A stretch of 64,000 nt of DNA, from NCBI GenBank assembly GCA_964538435.1, contig CAZIDX010000002.1:41566-105565 (forward strand), written 5' to 3'. Under the pieces are notes generated by a model. That model ran no database searches. It was not told where the DNA came from and saw only the letters and a program-made list of their open reading frames with translations. Each line of letters begins with the position of its first letter. The first letter of the stretch is position 1. Positions 36,529 to 46,098 of this stretch are shown piece after piece. The position numbers and the translations under genes were made by a program. Origin of the DNA: an uncultured Gammaproteobacteria bacterium (GTDB lineage Bacteria > Patescibacteriota > Patescibacteriia > UBA9934 > GWF2-40-263).

Positions 36529-37863
36529 TTGCAACGCACGAGAATGCATATGCAATTCAACTACAACCACTCGGGAATCAAACCAGAACACATTGCCCCA
36601 CTCAAAGATCAGCTTGAGCCGTATCGCATCACGCTTCAAAAAAATGCAAAAGCAAGTGGGTACGAAGAATTTGAATCTTTGCTTCAGCTCCCATCTGATG
36701 ATGAGCTTCTCACAGCAGTAAAAGCTGTTGCACAAGCCATCAAAACACCCACCCTACAATATATTGTAGTTAATGGAATTGGTGGATCCAATCTGGGAAC
36801 AAGAGCTGTTTACGAAGCCATTGCTGGTTCCATGCATCATTTGGTTGATCGTCTCCCAAAACTCCTTTTTCTAGACACCGTCTCAGACGAACGCATGACA
36901 GCCGTATGCTCACGATTGCTGCGCATGTCAGAATCCGATGACTTTGCTGTAATCTCAATCAGCAAATCAGGTGGAACTGTTGAAACTGTTGCAAACACAG
37001 AAGCTCTCATGCTTCATCTCAAAGAACACTTCCACGATGTCCGCCACCGCTTCGCAGTCATTACACAAGAAGGATCAAAAATGTGGCATGTTGCCGGTGA
37101 AAACAAATTCCACCGCATCTCCATGCCGAGCACAATTGTTGGACGCTTCAGTGTGTTCTCTGCTGTTGGCCTGCTCCCTCTTTATCTTGCTAACATTGAC
37201 GTTGAAGAGCTTCGAGCAGGTGCACAACAAGCCATCAAGGATGGTGTGTCAGAAGACCTTGAGCAAAACCACGCCATGACAAATGCGATCCTGACATACC
37301 TGCACAACAAGGAGGGTCGCAACATGCACAACTCGTTCGTTTTTTCACCAAAGCTTGAATCGCTTGGAAAATGGTATCGCCAACTCATGGGTGAAAGTGT
37401 TGGAAAAGAAAAAGACATGGATGGCAATGTGATCAACGCCGGCATCACACCGATTGTATCCGTTGGCTCAACAGACCTGCACTCTCTAGCACAGCTCTAC
37501 TACGGCGGACCTGATGACAAATTCACAAACCTCATCTTCTCTTTTAAAGGCGATATCCACCATGTCCCAAACAACCTCACACTCCCAGGCCTCGTAAAGG
37601 ACCTGGCAGGTAAATCTCTTGAGGATCTCATGCACGCAATCGTTGACGGCGTCATCCCAGCATACATCGAAAAGAAACGACCCTTTGTCACCATAGACAT
37701 GGAAGGAATCACAACCCGAGAACTCGGATACTTCCTGCAATTCCGCATGATCGAAGTCATGTACCTAGCAAAACTCTTCAACGTAAACGCATTTGACCAA
37801 CCAGCCGTAGAACTCTACAAATCAGGAATGAGAGAGTCCATGCAAAAAAGAAGGTTGAAATAA
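36529..37863 (+). CDS. pgi: glucose-6-phosphate isomerase
   Basis: VVNGIGGSNLGTRAVYEAI (PGI signature GIGGS.LG), SIS domains. Confidence 0.8.
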   Translation: MQRTRMHMQFNYNHSGIKPEHIAPLKDQLEPYRITLQKNAKASGYEEFESLLQLPSDDELLTAVKAVAQAIKTPTLQYIVVNGIGGSNLGTRAVYEAIAGSMHHLVDRLPKLLFLDTVSDERMTAVCSRLLRMSESDDFAVISISKSGGTVETVANTEALMLHLKEHFHDVRHRFAVITQEGSKMWHVAGENKFHRISMPSTIVGRFSVFSAVGLLPLYLANIDVEELRAGAQQAIKDGVSEDLEQNHAMTNAILTYLHNKEGRNMHNSFVFSPKLESLGKWYRQLMGESVGKEKDMDGNVINAGITPIVSVGSTDLHSLAQLYYGGPDDKFTNLIFSFKGDIHHVPNNLTLPGLVKDLAGKSLEDLMHAIVDGVIPAYIEKKRPFVTIDMEGITTRELGYFLQFRMIEVMYLAKLFNVNAFDQPAVELYKSGMRESMQKRRLK

Positions 37864-37873
37864 CGCACCAACC

Positions 37874-37907
37874 AAAAATGAGAAGGCTCGATGCCTTCTC
37901 ATTTTTA
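37874..37907. terminator. bidirectional terminator aaaaatgagaaggc-tcgat-gccttctcattttt
   Basis: Read directly; same TCGAT-loop architecture as 39265-39295. Confidence 0.6.
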
Positions 37908-37929
37908 AATTCCACCACCCCACCATAGA

Positions 37930-38028
37930 CCCAGGACGCCAAACGGCCGTTCGAGGTAGTAGTTGAAAAGCATTTACAGCGAGTTTTTCAACTACTACCT
38001 CGTGGCCGCCCTAAGCCCCCACAGCAAG
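37930..38028. repeat. 99-bp structured intergenic element, copy 2
   Basis: Same length and flanks as copy 1; stem gaggtagtagttgaaaagc/gtttttcaactactacctc with compensatory substitutions relative to copy 1; ends 8 nt before lipoprotein stop codon. Confidence 0.75.
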
Positions 38029-38035
38029 CTTCGAG

Positions 38036-38614
38036 CTAAAAGCGCAACGTATCCAAAACTCGCTCAAACGTTATCGACTCTCTCTGATGACTTATCACAA
38101 ACACCTTCTCACCATACTGAAACACCACAAGCTTATCCGGAGAATCATCTTCCCCTGTACCACGAATCACAATCGAACTCTCTCCAGCAAACTCCCCAAT
38201 CGTCTGCCCACCAACCCCCTCAGGATAATACGCATCCAAATTCAGTGTCACCCACTCATGCGCTGACCGAGCCTCAACAACCATAATCGTGAGCACATTC
38301 ACTTCGCTATCAACAAGCTCAGACGCATTCGCATCTGTAATGCGGATCACATCCGCATCCTCATCAGGAGTAAGAATATACGACTGCTCCCCAACCTGAG
38401 CCACCTCTCGATAAAGGATAGCCTCAGCCGGATACGAAACCTCGTATCCATATTTTATATTCACATACGTCTCCCAACTAGCCGGAACTTCCATTCCCTC
38501 CTCAACCACACTCTCACCCCCCTGCTCTCGCACAACCTGCTCAATCTCAAAAACCCCACATCCTGGAAGAATGAGGAGAAAACAGGCCAAACTGAGTAAA
38601 ACAAGCCGTTTCAT
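38036..38614 (-). CDS. lipoprotein (start MKRLVLLSLACFLLILPGC, lipobox LPGC); ORF-track extension to 38845 unlikely
   Basis: Signal peptide with lipobox; extension would overlap promoter/start of divergent gene. Confidence 0.5.
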   Translation of the reverse strand: MKRLVLLSLACFLLILPGCGVFEIEQVVREQGGESVVEEGMEVPASWETYVNIKYGYEVSYPAEAILYREVAQVGEQSYILTPDEDADVIRITDANASELVDSEVNVLTIMVVEARSAHEWVTLNLDAYYPEGVGGQTIGEFAGESSIVIRGTGEDDSPDKLVVFQYGEKVFVISHQRESITFERVLDTLRF

Positions 38615-38707
38615 ATCAAGCGGATTATACCATGATCGCTTGACTTTTTGTGCGAGAAGTAGTAGATTCAAACGTCTTCCCATGACGGGAAACAAAGGAG
38701 AACCTCG

Positions 38708-39190
38708 ATGCTGCTCAGCATCATCCTCGCCCTCGCCCTGCTCGTCTCCCCAGTCAACGCTGAGGACGTCATTCTGGAGAGGGCCGACATCATCGCGTAC
38801 CACGAGGTAGACCGCGAGATCCGCCACCTGGCCCACGAGCTTCACGAGCTCGAGACCTGCAAGACCGAGGTGCCGAACATCAGCATCACGGTCGAGACAG
38901 CCAAGGACCCGATCGAAGCTGTCCAGGCGCTCTACATCAACGTGGACACTTGCGAGCTCATGGCTCGCAACGCCAAGGAGGTCGCCTACCTGAGTATGAT
39001 GGTTCTCGTGGCCGAATCACAGCGCATCCCAGATGAACGCGCTGCCGAGCGCGAGTCCATGAACGAGAGCATCACGCAGATCGAGTTCGAGTGGAAACAC
39101 TTCATGGCCGAGGAAGCCATGTTCCAGGACTTCAAGGCCTTCATGGTCATGCTCCTGATCGGCTCTGAGCAGTGGCGTCGCTCGCCCTGA
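38708..39190 (+). CDS. GC-rich secreted hypothetical protein (160 aa)
   Basis: Signal peptide MLLSIILALALLVSPVNA; high G+C; promoter TTGACT-N17-TAGATT and SD AAGGAG upstream; terminator ccccagcc-gcua-ggccgggg-UUUUCGAAUU at 39213-39240. Confidence 0.5.
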   Translation: MLLSIILALALLVSPVNAEDVILERADIIAYHEVDREIRHLAHELHELETCKTEVPNISITVETAKDPIEAVQALYINVDTCELMARNAKEVAYLSMMVLVAESQRIPDERAAERESMNESITQIEFEWKHFMAEEAMFQDFKAFMVMLLIGSEQWRRSP

Positions 39191-39264
39191 TCACCTCTCC
39201 GACACGTACAAGCCCCAGCCGCTAGGCCGGGGTTTTCGAATTATCTAACCCTCCTGGAGAGGAC

Positions 39265-39295
39265 AAAAAGAGAACACTCGATGTGTTCTCTTTTT
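39265..39295. terminator. second hairpin aaaaagagaacac-tcgat-gtgttctcttttt
   Basis: Read directly. Confidence 0.5.
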
Positions 39296-39302
39296 GAAAC
39301 AT

Positions 39303-39416
39303 CTCCACCACCCCTGGTAAGGACAGGTTGGGTACCGGCCGTTGCGACGTTTCTCTCTCAAAACCTGTGTGTTTTGAAGAGAAATGTCGCCGGCCGTCAC
39401 AAGCTTACGTAGCAAG
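39303..39416. repeat. diverged copy 3 of the structured intergenic element (tccaccacccc...ggccgtt-hairpin-ccggccg...cacaagctt)
   Basis: Shares flank motifs with copy 2 (tccaccacccc, ggccgtt(c/g)cga(g/c)g, cac(a)agcaag) but different 18-bp stem; ends 3 nt before SOD stop codon. Confidence 0.6.
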
Positions 39417-39418
39417 AA

Positions 39419-40003
39419 CTATTTCATCTGCTCAAGCACAAACCCCCAATTCACATACTCCCAAAAACCATCAATAAACTTCCCTCTATCATTTCTATGA
39501 TCAATATAATAAGCATGCTCCCATACATCGAGCGTCAAGAGAGGCTTATCTGAAGTCTCAGCCGGTGTGTCAGCATCATGATAATCCTGAATCGACAACT
39601 TCCCATCACTGTCCATAAGAAGCCAAACCCAACCAGATCCAAAATGCTTGAGTGCCAATGCACCAAACTCCTCCTTAAACTTCTCAAACGAACCAAAATC
39701 TCGATTAATAAACTCTCCCAGCTGCCCAGAAGGCTCTTGTTTTTCAGATGATAAGCAATTCCAAAAGAAACTGTGATTAAAGTGCTGCGCAGCCAGATTG
39801 TAAAGCGCTGAATTTGAACGCCTTGCAGCCACAATCACCTCTTCAACTGTTTTCTCTCTTAAATCAGTCGATTCAAGTGCGGCATTAAGCTTATTAACAT
39901 AGCCAGCATGATGCTTGCCATGGTGATATTCCAATGTTTCTGCAGATGCCCAAGGTGCCAATGAACCCTTTTCAAACAGCAGGTCAGGTAAGATATGTGC
40001 CAT
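39419..40003 (-). CDS. sodA: Fe/Mn superoxide dismutase
   Basis: HHGKHH, metal ligands, DVWEHAYY motif. Confidence 0.85.
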   Translation of the reverse strand: MAHILPDLLFEKGSLAPWASAETLEYHHGKHHAGYVNKLNAALESTDLREKTVEEVIVAARRSNSALYNLAAQHFNHSFFWNCLSSEKQEPSGQLGEFINRDFGSFEKFKEEFGALALKHFGSGWVWLLMDSDGKLSIQDYHDADTPAETSDKPLLTLDVWEHAYYIDHRNDRGKFIDGFWEYVNWGFVLEQMK

Positions 40004-40060
40004 ATTTGTTGTTATTATTGATAAACACACTCTATCAGAGCTGAGGCCCCCCTACCAGGG

Positions 40061-40089
40061 TTGACAAAAAGCTAAAAATACGCTATACT
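40061..40089 (+). promoter_or_regulatory. consensus promoter TTGACA-N17-TATACT, about 60-nt leader without obvious SD before RRM gene
   Basis: Read directly. Confidence 0.5.
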
Positions 40090-40155
40090 AGCGGCGCTTC
40101 TCTTGTTCGATTCGTAATGAGAGTAAGTTCCTAAGTAACCGTTACCACTCTTGTT

Positions 40156-40410
40156 ATGAGCAACAAATTGTTTGTTGGCAGCCTTCCATGGTCTGTTGAC
40201 GATCAAGGGCTCCAAGAGCTTTTCGCCGCTCACGGTGAAGTCGTTTCTGCTCGTGTCATCACTGACCGAGAAACAGGACGAAGTCGCGGATTCGGATTCG
40301 TTGAGTACAACGATGAAGCAACCGCTCAGACTGCTCTTGATGCCATGAATGGTGCTGAGATCGAAGGACGCACAATTAGTGTAGACTTCGCTCGTCCAGC
40401 CCAGGACTAA
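40156..40410 (+). CDS. RRM-type glycine-poor RNA-binding protein
   Basis: RNP-2 LFVGSL and RNP-1 RGFGFVEY. Confidence 0.8.
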   Translation: MSNKLFVGSLPWSVDDQGLQELFAAHGEVVSARVITDRETGRSRGFGFVEYNDEATAQTALDAMNGAEIEGRTISVDFARPAQD

Positions 40411-40461
40411 ATTTAGTTCAAAAGAAAGCACCCAGCTCCGGCTGGGTGTTTTTGGTTTTAT

Positions 40462-41856
40462 CTAAAAACGCTCAGGAGGATCATCCACCATCTCTTTGGC
40501 AAGCCTCTTAAGTTCTCCTCGAAGCTGCTTAATATCAGCCTTCATTTCCCCAACATCCTTGTATCCCTCCCAAACCTCTGCAATCCGCTCGGCAGCACTC
40601 AATGAACTACAATACGGCGACTCGTCACGAATCCTCTCCAAAAATCCATTCATGTCTTCATAAAGCCTACCTCTCAACCTTCTATTATCATAAATGGCGT
40701 CAAAGATTTTTTTCCACGCATCCATGTCTGTATCACGATCATACCTCTCCCAAGTTGGATTTGTCTGAAAAACTTCAAATACTTTTATTTTCTCTTTTAC
40801 CCCATCACCAAACATTTGCCACATATCCAAATGTTCATAACTGTCCGGCCCTCCTTCCTGTTCAATTTTGTCAATATATGCCTCGCACTCATGCAACAAA
40901 TCAAGGTACGACCCAACCTGCTGCTTTGCTCTTTCAACAGACGAATCAATCTTCTCACGAAGCGCATCTCGAATCGTATCGATGTTTGGTTGATTCACCC
41001 GAGAAGAAAGGAGTTCATTATCAGGCAACTCCAGTACACCAGCAAGCCCAGGCCTACGAAACCACGGCAGTTTCTGTTTATCTCTTTCAAGATCCCCAAA
41101 TCTTGCCTCAGACTTGTAAAAATTCACTGAATGCCAATCCGCATCCGGAAACGCATTTTCAAACAATCGCAATGCTGTCATCTGAGTTGAACCAGAACCA
41201 CTAAGCTCATCAACAACAAGAATGCTACCACCAGCAAACTCATCCTTGTAAACCCGTTTCAACTCTTCAACCACACCTGTCTGCTCATCAATCTTATCCC
41301 TCCATTCTCTTGGAATATCTCGCTTACTCATCCACTTCCCCTGCTCTCCATCACACAAAAGATCTTGAACTTCATCAAACTTTTCCAATGACAAATCACT
41401 GCCTTGAAGCGTAGAAGTATCCCCTCCATGAAAATAACTTGATGTTCCAATATTCACAAACTTAACATCAGGAATATCTTCATCTGGATACTTAAGCTTC
41501 CAACCCTCTCTAAACATCCACGAAAGCGGCCGTGCGCTACGATCAAGAAATACAATCGTATCAACATCACGATTGCGCACATTTTCAATCATGAGATCCA
41601 TGCGCTCAATAATATCCTCCCGAGCGTACTCAGATTTAAAAAACTTATACTCAACGAAAGATTTTTCTTTTGTTTCAACACCCTGTTCCTCTGCCTGATC
41701 TAAAAACTTCTTGTCTAACACTGTATCTTCGTCAGAAAGCCCCCTGCTTCGTAATGAATCTAATATTCCCATATACAACACATGGTATCCAATCACACGC
41801 ACATAAACAAGAACACCAAAAAATGACAGGTTTTTTGTCAAGTCCAAACCGAACAT
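40462..41856 (-). CDS. hypothetical protein with type-I phosphoribosyltransferase-like motif
   Basis: ILVVDELSGSGSTQ resembles PRTase PRPP-binding loop (VLLVDDVLTTGGT); true start uncertain. Confidence 0.4.
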   Translation of the reverse strand: MFGLDLTKNLSFFGVLVYVRVIGYHVLYMGILDSLRSRGLSDEDTVLDKKFLDQAEEQGVETKEKSFVEYKFFKSEYAREDIIERMDLMIENVRNRDVDTIVFLDRSARPLSWMFREGWKLKYPDEDIPDVKFVNIGTSSYFHGGDTSTLQGSDLSLEKFDEVQDLLCDGEQGKWMSKRDIPREWRDKIDEQTGVVEELKRVYKDEFAGGSILVVDELSGSGSTQMTALRLFENAFPDADWHSVNFYKSEARFGDLERDKQKLPWFRRPGLAGVLELPDNELLSSRVNQPNIDTIRDALREKIDSSVERAKQQVGSYLDLLHECEAYIDKIEQEGGPDSYEHLDMWQMFGDGVKEKIKVFEVFQTNPTWERYDRDTDMDAWKKIFDAIYDNRRLRGRLYEDMNGFLERIRDESPYCSSLSAAERIAEVWEGYKDVGEMKADIKQLRGELKRLAKEMVDDPPERF

Positions 41857-41918
41857 TTCACCCTTGAAAAAATGCTTGCACTAGCGTAGAATAGCCGCGA
41901 AATTATTGATAACCAATT

Positions 41919-42878
41919 ATGCACTTCGCAATCCTCGTTTTCGGACAAGAAGACAAAAAACTTCTCCCTGGATCAAGGGCAATTGTTAAATCCGCACGCA
42001 AGCGCGGACACAGAATGACAATCCTAAGAGAAAAAGATCTGTACCTTCTTTTTGATGGAAACAGAGAGTGTTTGCATAACAAAAACGGTAAACCTCTTCC
42101 AAAATACGATGCTGTCATTGCCAGACCAAGTTTTGCTTCAGACCCATCCATTCACGCGTCACTGATTAGACAGTTTGAACTCCAAGGCCAACTCGTGATC
42201 AACAAACACACAGGAGTGCACCGAGCAAAAAACAAAGTACGTACACTCCAACTGCTGCACCACTACCAAATCCCAATGCCAAAAACCGTTGTGCTGTTTG
42301 GATCAGAAAACATCGATAAGGTCATGAGTGAATTCAAGTACCCTGTCGTTGTAAAGTCAGCCTACGGCGCTGGTGGCTCTGGAGTATTCATTGCAGAAAC
42401 AAAACGCTCTCTCAAACCGGTTGTTGAGCACCTGCTCCGAAGCAAATCCAGCAACAAAGAACCAATCAAAATCCAAGAGTACATTCACGAATCCAAAGGC
42501 AAGGATCTGCGTCTGTTCGTTGTAGGAAGAAGAGTGGTTGCTGCCATGCAACGCAGCGCTCAAAAAGGAGAATTTCGATCAAACTTTCACAAAGGCGGAA
42601 ATGTAAAAGGTATCACCCCAACAGAACAAGAAGTCACCATGTCTATTCAAGCCGCTCTTAACATGGGGCTCGATATTTCAGGAGTTGACATTCTGCGAAC
42701 AAAACGCGGGCCAATGATCATCGAAGTGAACGCTCAGCCAGGACTAGAGGGCATCACCAAGGCATCGGGAATCGATGTGGCAGCTGAAATCATGAAATTC
42801 GTAGAACGAAAAGCAAAACAACGAAAAGCACGCATTCGAAAACCCATAAAAGAGCGCGCTAGTGCTGTGGAGGGCTAA
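41919..42878 (+). CDS. ATP-grasp ligase, RimK-like (alpha-L-glutamate ligase family)
   Basis: VVKSAYGAGGSGV, DLRLFVVG, IIEVNAQPGLEGI ATP-grasp blocks. Confidence 0.7.
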   Translation: MHFAILVFGQEDKKLLPGSRAIVKSARKRGHRMTILREKDLYLLFDGNRECLHNKNGKPLPKYDAVIARPSFASDPSIHASLIRQFELQGQLVINKHTGVHRAKNKVRTLQLLHHYQIPMPKTVVLFGSENIDKVMSEFKYPVVVKSAYGAGGSGVFIAETKRSLKPVVEHLLRSKSSNKEPIKIQEYIHESKGKDLRLFVVGRRVVAAMQRSAQKGEFRSNFHKGGNVKGITPTEQEVTMSIQAALNMGLDISGVDILRTKRGPMIIEVNAQPGLEGITKASGIDVAAEIMKFVERKAKQRKARIRKPIKERASAVEG

Positions 42879-42919
42879 CGTAACAAAACACTCAAAATCG
42901 TGTAAAATGGACATAACGT

Positions 42920-43675
42920 ATGTCCAAATCAAAGATGATCCGCAGCTTCAACCGCTACGAACTCAAGTACTTGATGCATGAGCGTGACGCCGCCGCGTTT
43001 CGGGAACAATTAAAACCTTATACTGAGCTTGATCCCTACGGGGATGATACAGGCAGCTACTTTTTAGCTAGCCTGTATTTTGATACAGACGATCATTTGT
43101 TCTATTGGGAAAAAATTGAAGGCCTCAAATTCCGAAGAAAAATCCGCATGCGCATTTACGAAACTCCAGACAAAATCACCGATGATTCAAATGTCTTCGT
43201 AGAAGTAAAACAGCGCCTGGATAAAATCATTCAAAAACGCCGAGTAGTTCTCCCGTACAAACACGCAAAAAAACTTCTCTACGATTACAAGATTCCCCCA
43301 CACGAAGACAAGGACTCAGCAACGATCCAGGAGATCTACCACATGCTAACCACCTATCAACTCAAACCAACCTGCATTACAAGCTACAAACGCCAGGCAC
43401 TAATCGGACATGAGTATGACCTAGGCCTGCGAATCACCTTTGACACAAACGTCCGCTATCGCGACAAAGACCTGGACCTCACATCCAAGAAGATTGGAAA
43501 AGCCATGATCCCACTTGATTACGTCATCATGGAAGTAAAAGTGAACGACCGCATCCCTTACTGGCTCACAGAACTCATTGCCGATCAAAACGCAAGCCTC
43601 ATCCGCATCAGCAAATACTGCACCGGCCTTGAGCAAGCAAACATTGTTCCAAATAAACATTATCTATTCGCCTAA
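42920..43675 (+). CDS. VTC-domain (polyphosphate polymerase domain / CYTH-like) protein
   Basis: N-terminal FNRYELKYLM hallmark of VTC domain. Confidence 0.6.
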   Translation: MSKSKMIRSFNRYELKYLMHERDAAAFREQLKPYTELDPYGDDTGSYFLASLYFDTDDHLFYWEKIEGLKFRRKIRMRIYETPDKITDDSNVFVEVKQRLDKIIQKRRVVLPYKHAKKLLYDYKIPPHEDKDSATIQEIYHMLTTYQLKPTCITSYKRQALIGHEYDLGLRITFDTNVRYRDKDLDLTSKKIGKAMIPLDYVIMEVKVNDRIPYWLTELIADQNASLIRISKYCTGLEQANIVPNKHYLFA

Positions 43676-43684
43676 ATAACAACT

Positions 43685-44392
43685 ATGGATCCAGAGACTT
43701 TATCTTTCCTCCAGCAACTAACCAGCTTCGAGGATCTCACGGGTGTCTTTTCTGTGACAGACGTTGTTCTCACAATCGTGCTCAGCTTTATCCTGACGGC
43801 TGTTGTGGGATACGTCTACATGATCACACACAAAGGCACATCCTACACCCAAAGCTACGTGCACACACTCGTGCTCATGGGAATGGTGGTTGCCATCATC
43901 ATGCTCGTTGTTGGCTCAAACATTGCTCGAGCCTTCTCTCTTGTTGGTGCGCTCTCCATCATCCGCTTCCGTAACGCTGTCAAAGAAACCAGAGACGTCG
44001 GCTTCATATTCTTTGCCATGGCAATCGGTATGGCCGCAGGAACGCGCTTCTATCTTCTGGCAGTGATTGCCACTATTGTAATCTGTCTTTTGATCATTAT
44101 CATGTACAAGTTCGACTTCTACCGAAAAGACGCATCAAGTCGCATCCTAAAAATCCAGATTCCAAACAATGCTGCCTATGACAAACTCTTTGACGATGTC
44201 CTGCTCAAATACACAAAGTCCTCTCATCTTGTAAGTATTGATTCAGTACGCTCAGGAGCCCTCACCGAACTCCTCTACAACGTAGAGCTTAAACGCGGAA
44301 AGAAAATGCAGGAATTCCTTAGCGAGATCAAGAACCTTAACGGAAACCACAAGGTCACACTCGTTACTGGCTACAACACAACCGACCTCTAA
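43685..44392 (+). CDS. DUF4956-like membrane protein
   Basis: 3-4 TM helices + C-terminal soluble domain, conserved position between VTC and CotH genes. Confidence 0.5.
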   Translation: MDPETLSFLQQLTSFEDLTGVFSVTDVVLTIVLSFILTAVVGYVYMITHKGTSYTQSYVHTLVLMGMVVAIIMLVVGSNIARAFSLVGALSIIRFRNAVKETRDVGFIFFAMAIGMAAGTRFYLLAVIATIVICLLIIIMYKFDFYRKDASSRILKIQIPNNAAYDKLFDDVLLKYTKSSHLVSIDSVRSGALTELLYNVELKRGKKMQEFLSEIKNLNGNHKVTLVTGYNTTDL

Positions 44393-44394
44393 TC

Positions 44395-46002
44395 ATGCGA
44401 CCACTCACGCTCCGAAGAAACTATAAATGGATTGCAGCAACCCTTCTTGTTGTGTGTTTTTTCGTTGCAATGCTTGGAAACGAACGCATCATTCCCTATG
44501 TATCCTCGTTTAGCTGGAGCATGGGTGACGCATGGCCAATAGCACAACCGATCGAAGTAGAACCTGCTGAGCCTGACACACTCTTCTCTTTAGATTTCAT
44601 GCACGAAATTGAAATTGAAATGGATGAAGCTGATCACGAAACCATGATCCTTACTTTTGAAGAGACAGATGAAAAAGAATTCTTCCATGCATCAGTCACC
44701 ATCGATGGAACACATTTCGAAGACGTTGGCATCAGACTAAAGGGAAACTCAACGCTCTCTTCATCACTTGGACTAGGTATGGGGCCCTCTAACAAGATGA
44801 GCAACGTAACAAGCGACATCCCTTACCTCATCAAACTCAACGAGTACGTATCTGGCCAAGATTACCAAGGCTACGAACAAATCGCACTGCGCAGCCAGTT
44901 TAAAGACACGGCAATGATGCGCGAAGTCTTAGGTTTCCAACTCCTGGAAATGATGGATATTCCCGCACCTCATTCAACCTATTCTGTTGTAACGTTTAAT
45001 GGTGAACTGTCGCTCTACATGATGACAGAAGTTGTTGTCGAAGAATTCGTAGAAAAATACCTTATCGATGGAGATGAGGAAATGGGCAATCTCTTCAAGG
45101 CGTCTCCTGGCGCGAAACTTGAGTACACAAGTGACGATCCTCTTGACTACGCATCTTTTGAGCAAAAGACAAACGTAAACGAAGAGGATGTCTATCAAAT
45201 CATTGAGCTTGCAGAATTCATTTCCAATTCAACAGACGAAGAATTCGCAAACAATCTTGATAACTACATCGATGTTGAATCCACTCTCAAGTACATCGCT
45301 TTCTGCAACATCATCGTCAACCTCGATTCGTTTGCAAGCAATGGAAACAACTACTATCTCTACCAAGACCCAGAGACTGATCAATTTTCTGTTGTCCCAT
45401 GGGATCTCAACGAATCGTTTGGTGGATTCTGGCGATATATCGGAGAAACCTATGAACTAGACATGTTCTTTGACAACGAAGAAAAGACAGGTGGTCCTGG
45501 CGGTCAACAAAGGATGATGCCAAATAATGAAAATCAACAAATGCAAAACGGAAATCAAATCATGCAACCCGTTGCTTTTGAGGCAAGCCAAGACCAACAA
45601 CTCCAACAAGGCATGCGACCAAACAAGCGCATGAAACGTATTCCTGAAGGATTCAATCCTCCAACAAATTTCGAACCACCAGAAGGCTTTGATCCTGATG
45701 CCGAGCAACCAACCCACAAGGTCATGTCAATGCAAAACACCTTTGTTACACGACTATTAGAAACCGAACCATACAAAACAATGTATGTAGACATTGTGAA
45801 AGACTTGATCGACGATGAACTGTCTATCGAATCGGTTATAGATATAGTTGAGGACTTGCAAGCCTTTGTAGACAGCGCGAACGCAAGTTATGGCTTCTGG
45901 GAAAACGAAATCGAACATGACTACGGAACAAAAGAGTTGCTCGAATTCATTCGCAATCGATACAAATTCCTTTACGCAGAACTGGCAAGTGTGGAAAACT
46001 AA
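44395..46002 (+). CDS. CotH-family atypical protein kinase-like protein
   Basis: Size, GIRLKGNSTLSS block, and VTC/DUF4956 neighbourhood typical of bacterial CotH genes. Confidence 0.6.
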   Translation: MRPLTLRRNYKWIAATLLVVCFFVAMLGNERIIPYVSSFSWSMGDAWPIAQPIEVEPAEPDTLFSLDFMHEIEIEMDEADHETMILTFEETDEKEFFHASVTIDGTHFEDVGIRLKGNSTLSSSLGLGMGPSNKMSNVTSDIPYLIKLNEYVSGQDYQGYEQIALRSQFKDTAMMREVLGFQLLEMMDIPAPHSTYSVVTFNGELSLYMMTEVVVEEFVEKYLIDGDEEMGNLFKASPGAKLEYTSDDPLDYASFEQKTNVNEEDVYQIIELAEFISNSTDEEFANNLDNYIDVESTLKYIAFCNIIVNLDSFASNGNNYYLYQDPETDQFSVVPWDLNESFGGFWRYIGETYELDMFFDNEEKTGGPGGQQRMMPNNENQQMQNGNQIMQPVAFEASQDQQLQQGMRPNKRMKRIPEGFNPPTNFEPPEGFDPDAEQPTHKVMSMQNTFVTRLLETEPYKTMYVDIVKDLIDDELSIESVIDIVEDLQAFVDSANASYGFWENEIEHDYGTKELLEFIRNRYKFLYAELASVEN

Positions 46003-46098
46003 CTAGCTCTACATGCAGTTTTATGCCATAATTGTCCTCGATGTGTAAAAAAGACACAATACGACTAATTCGTAAGAGCCTACCGGGCTTGTTTTTTT

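Noticed and set aside
38615-38845. 5-prime extension of the lipoprotein ORF
   Set aside because: The extension precedes a perfect signal peptide and lipobox at the internal Met. It would run through the promoter and SD region of the divergent GC-rich gene.
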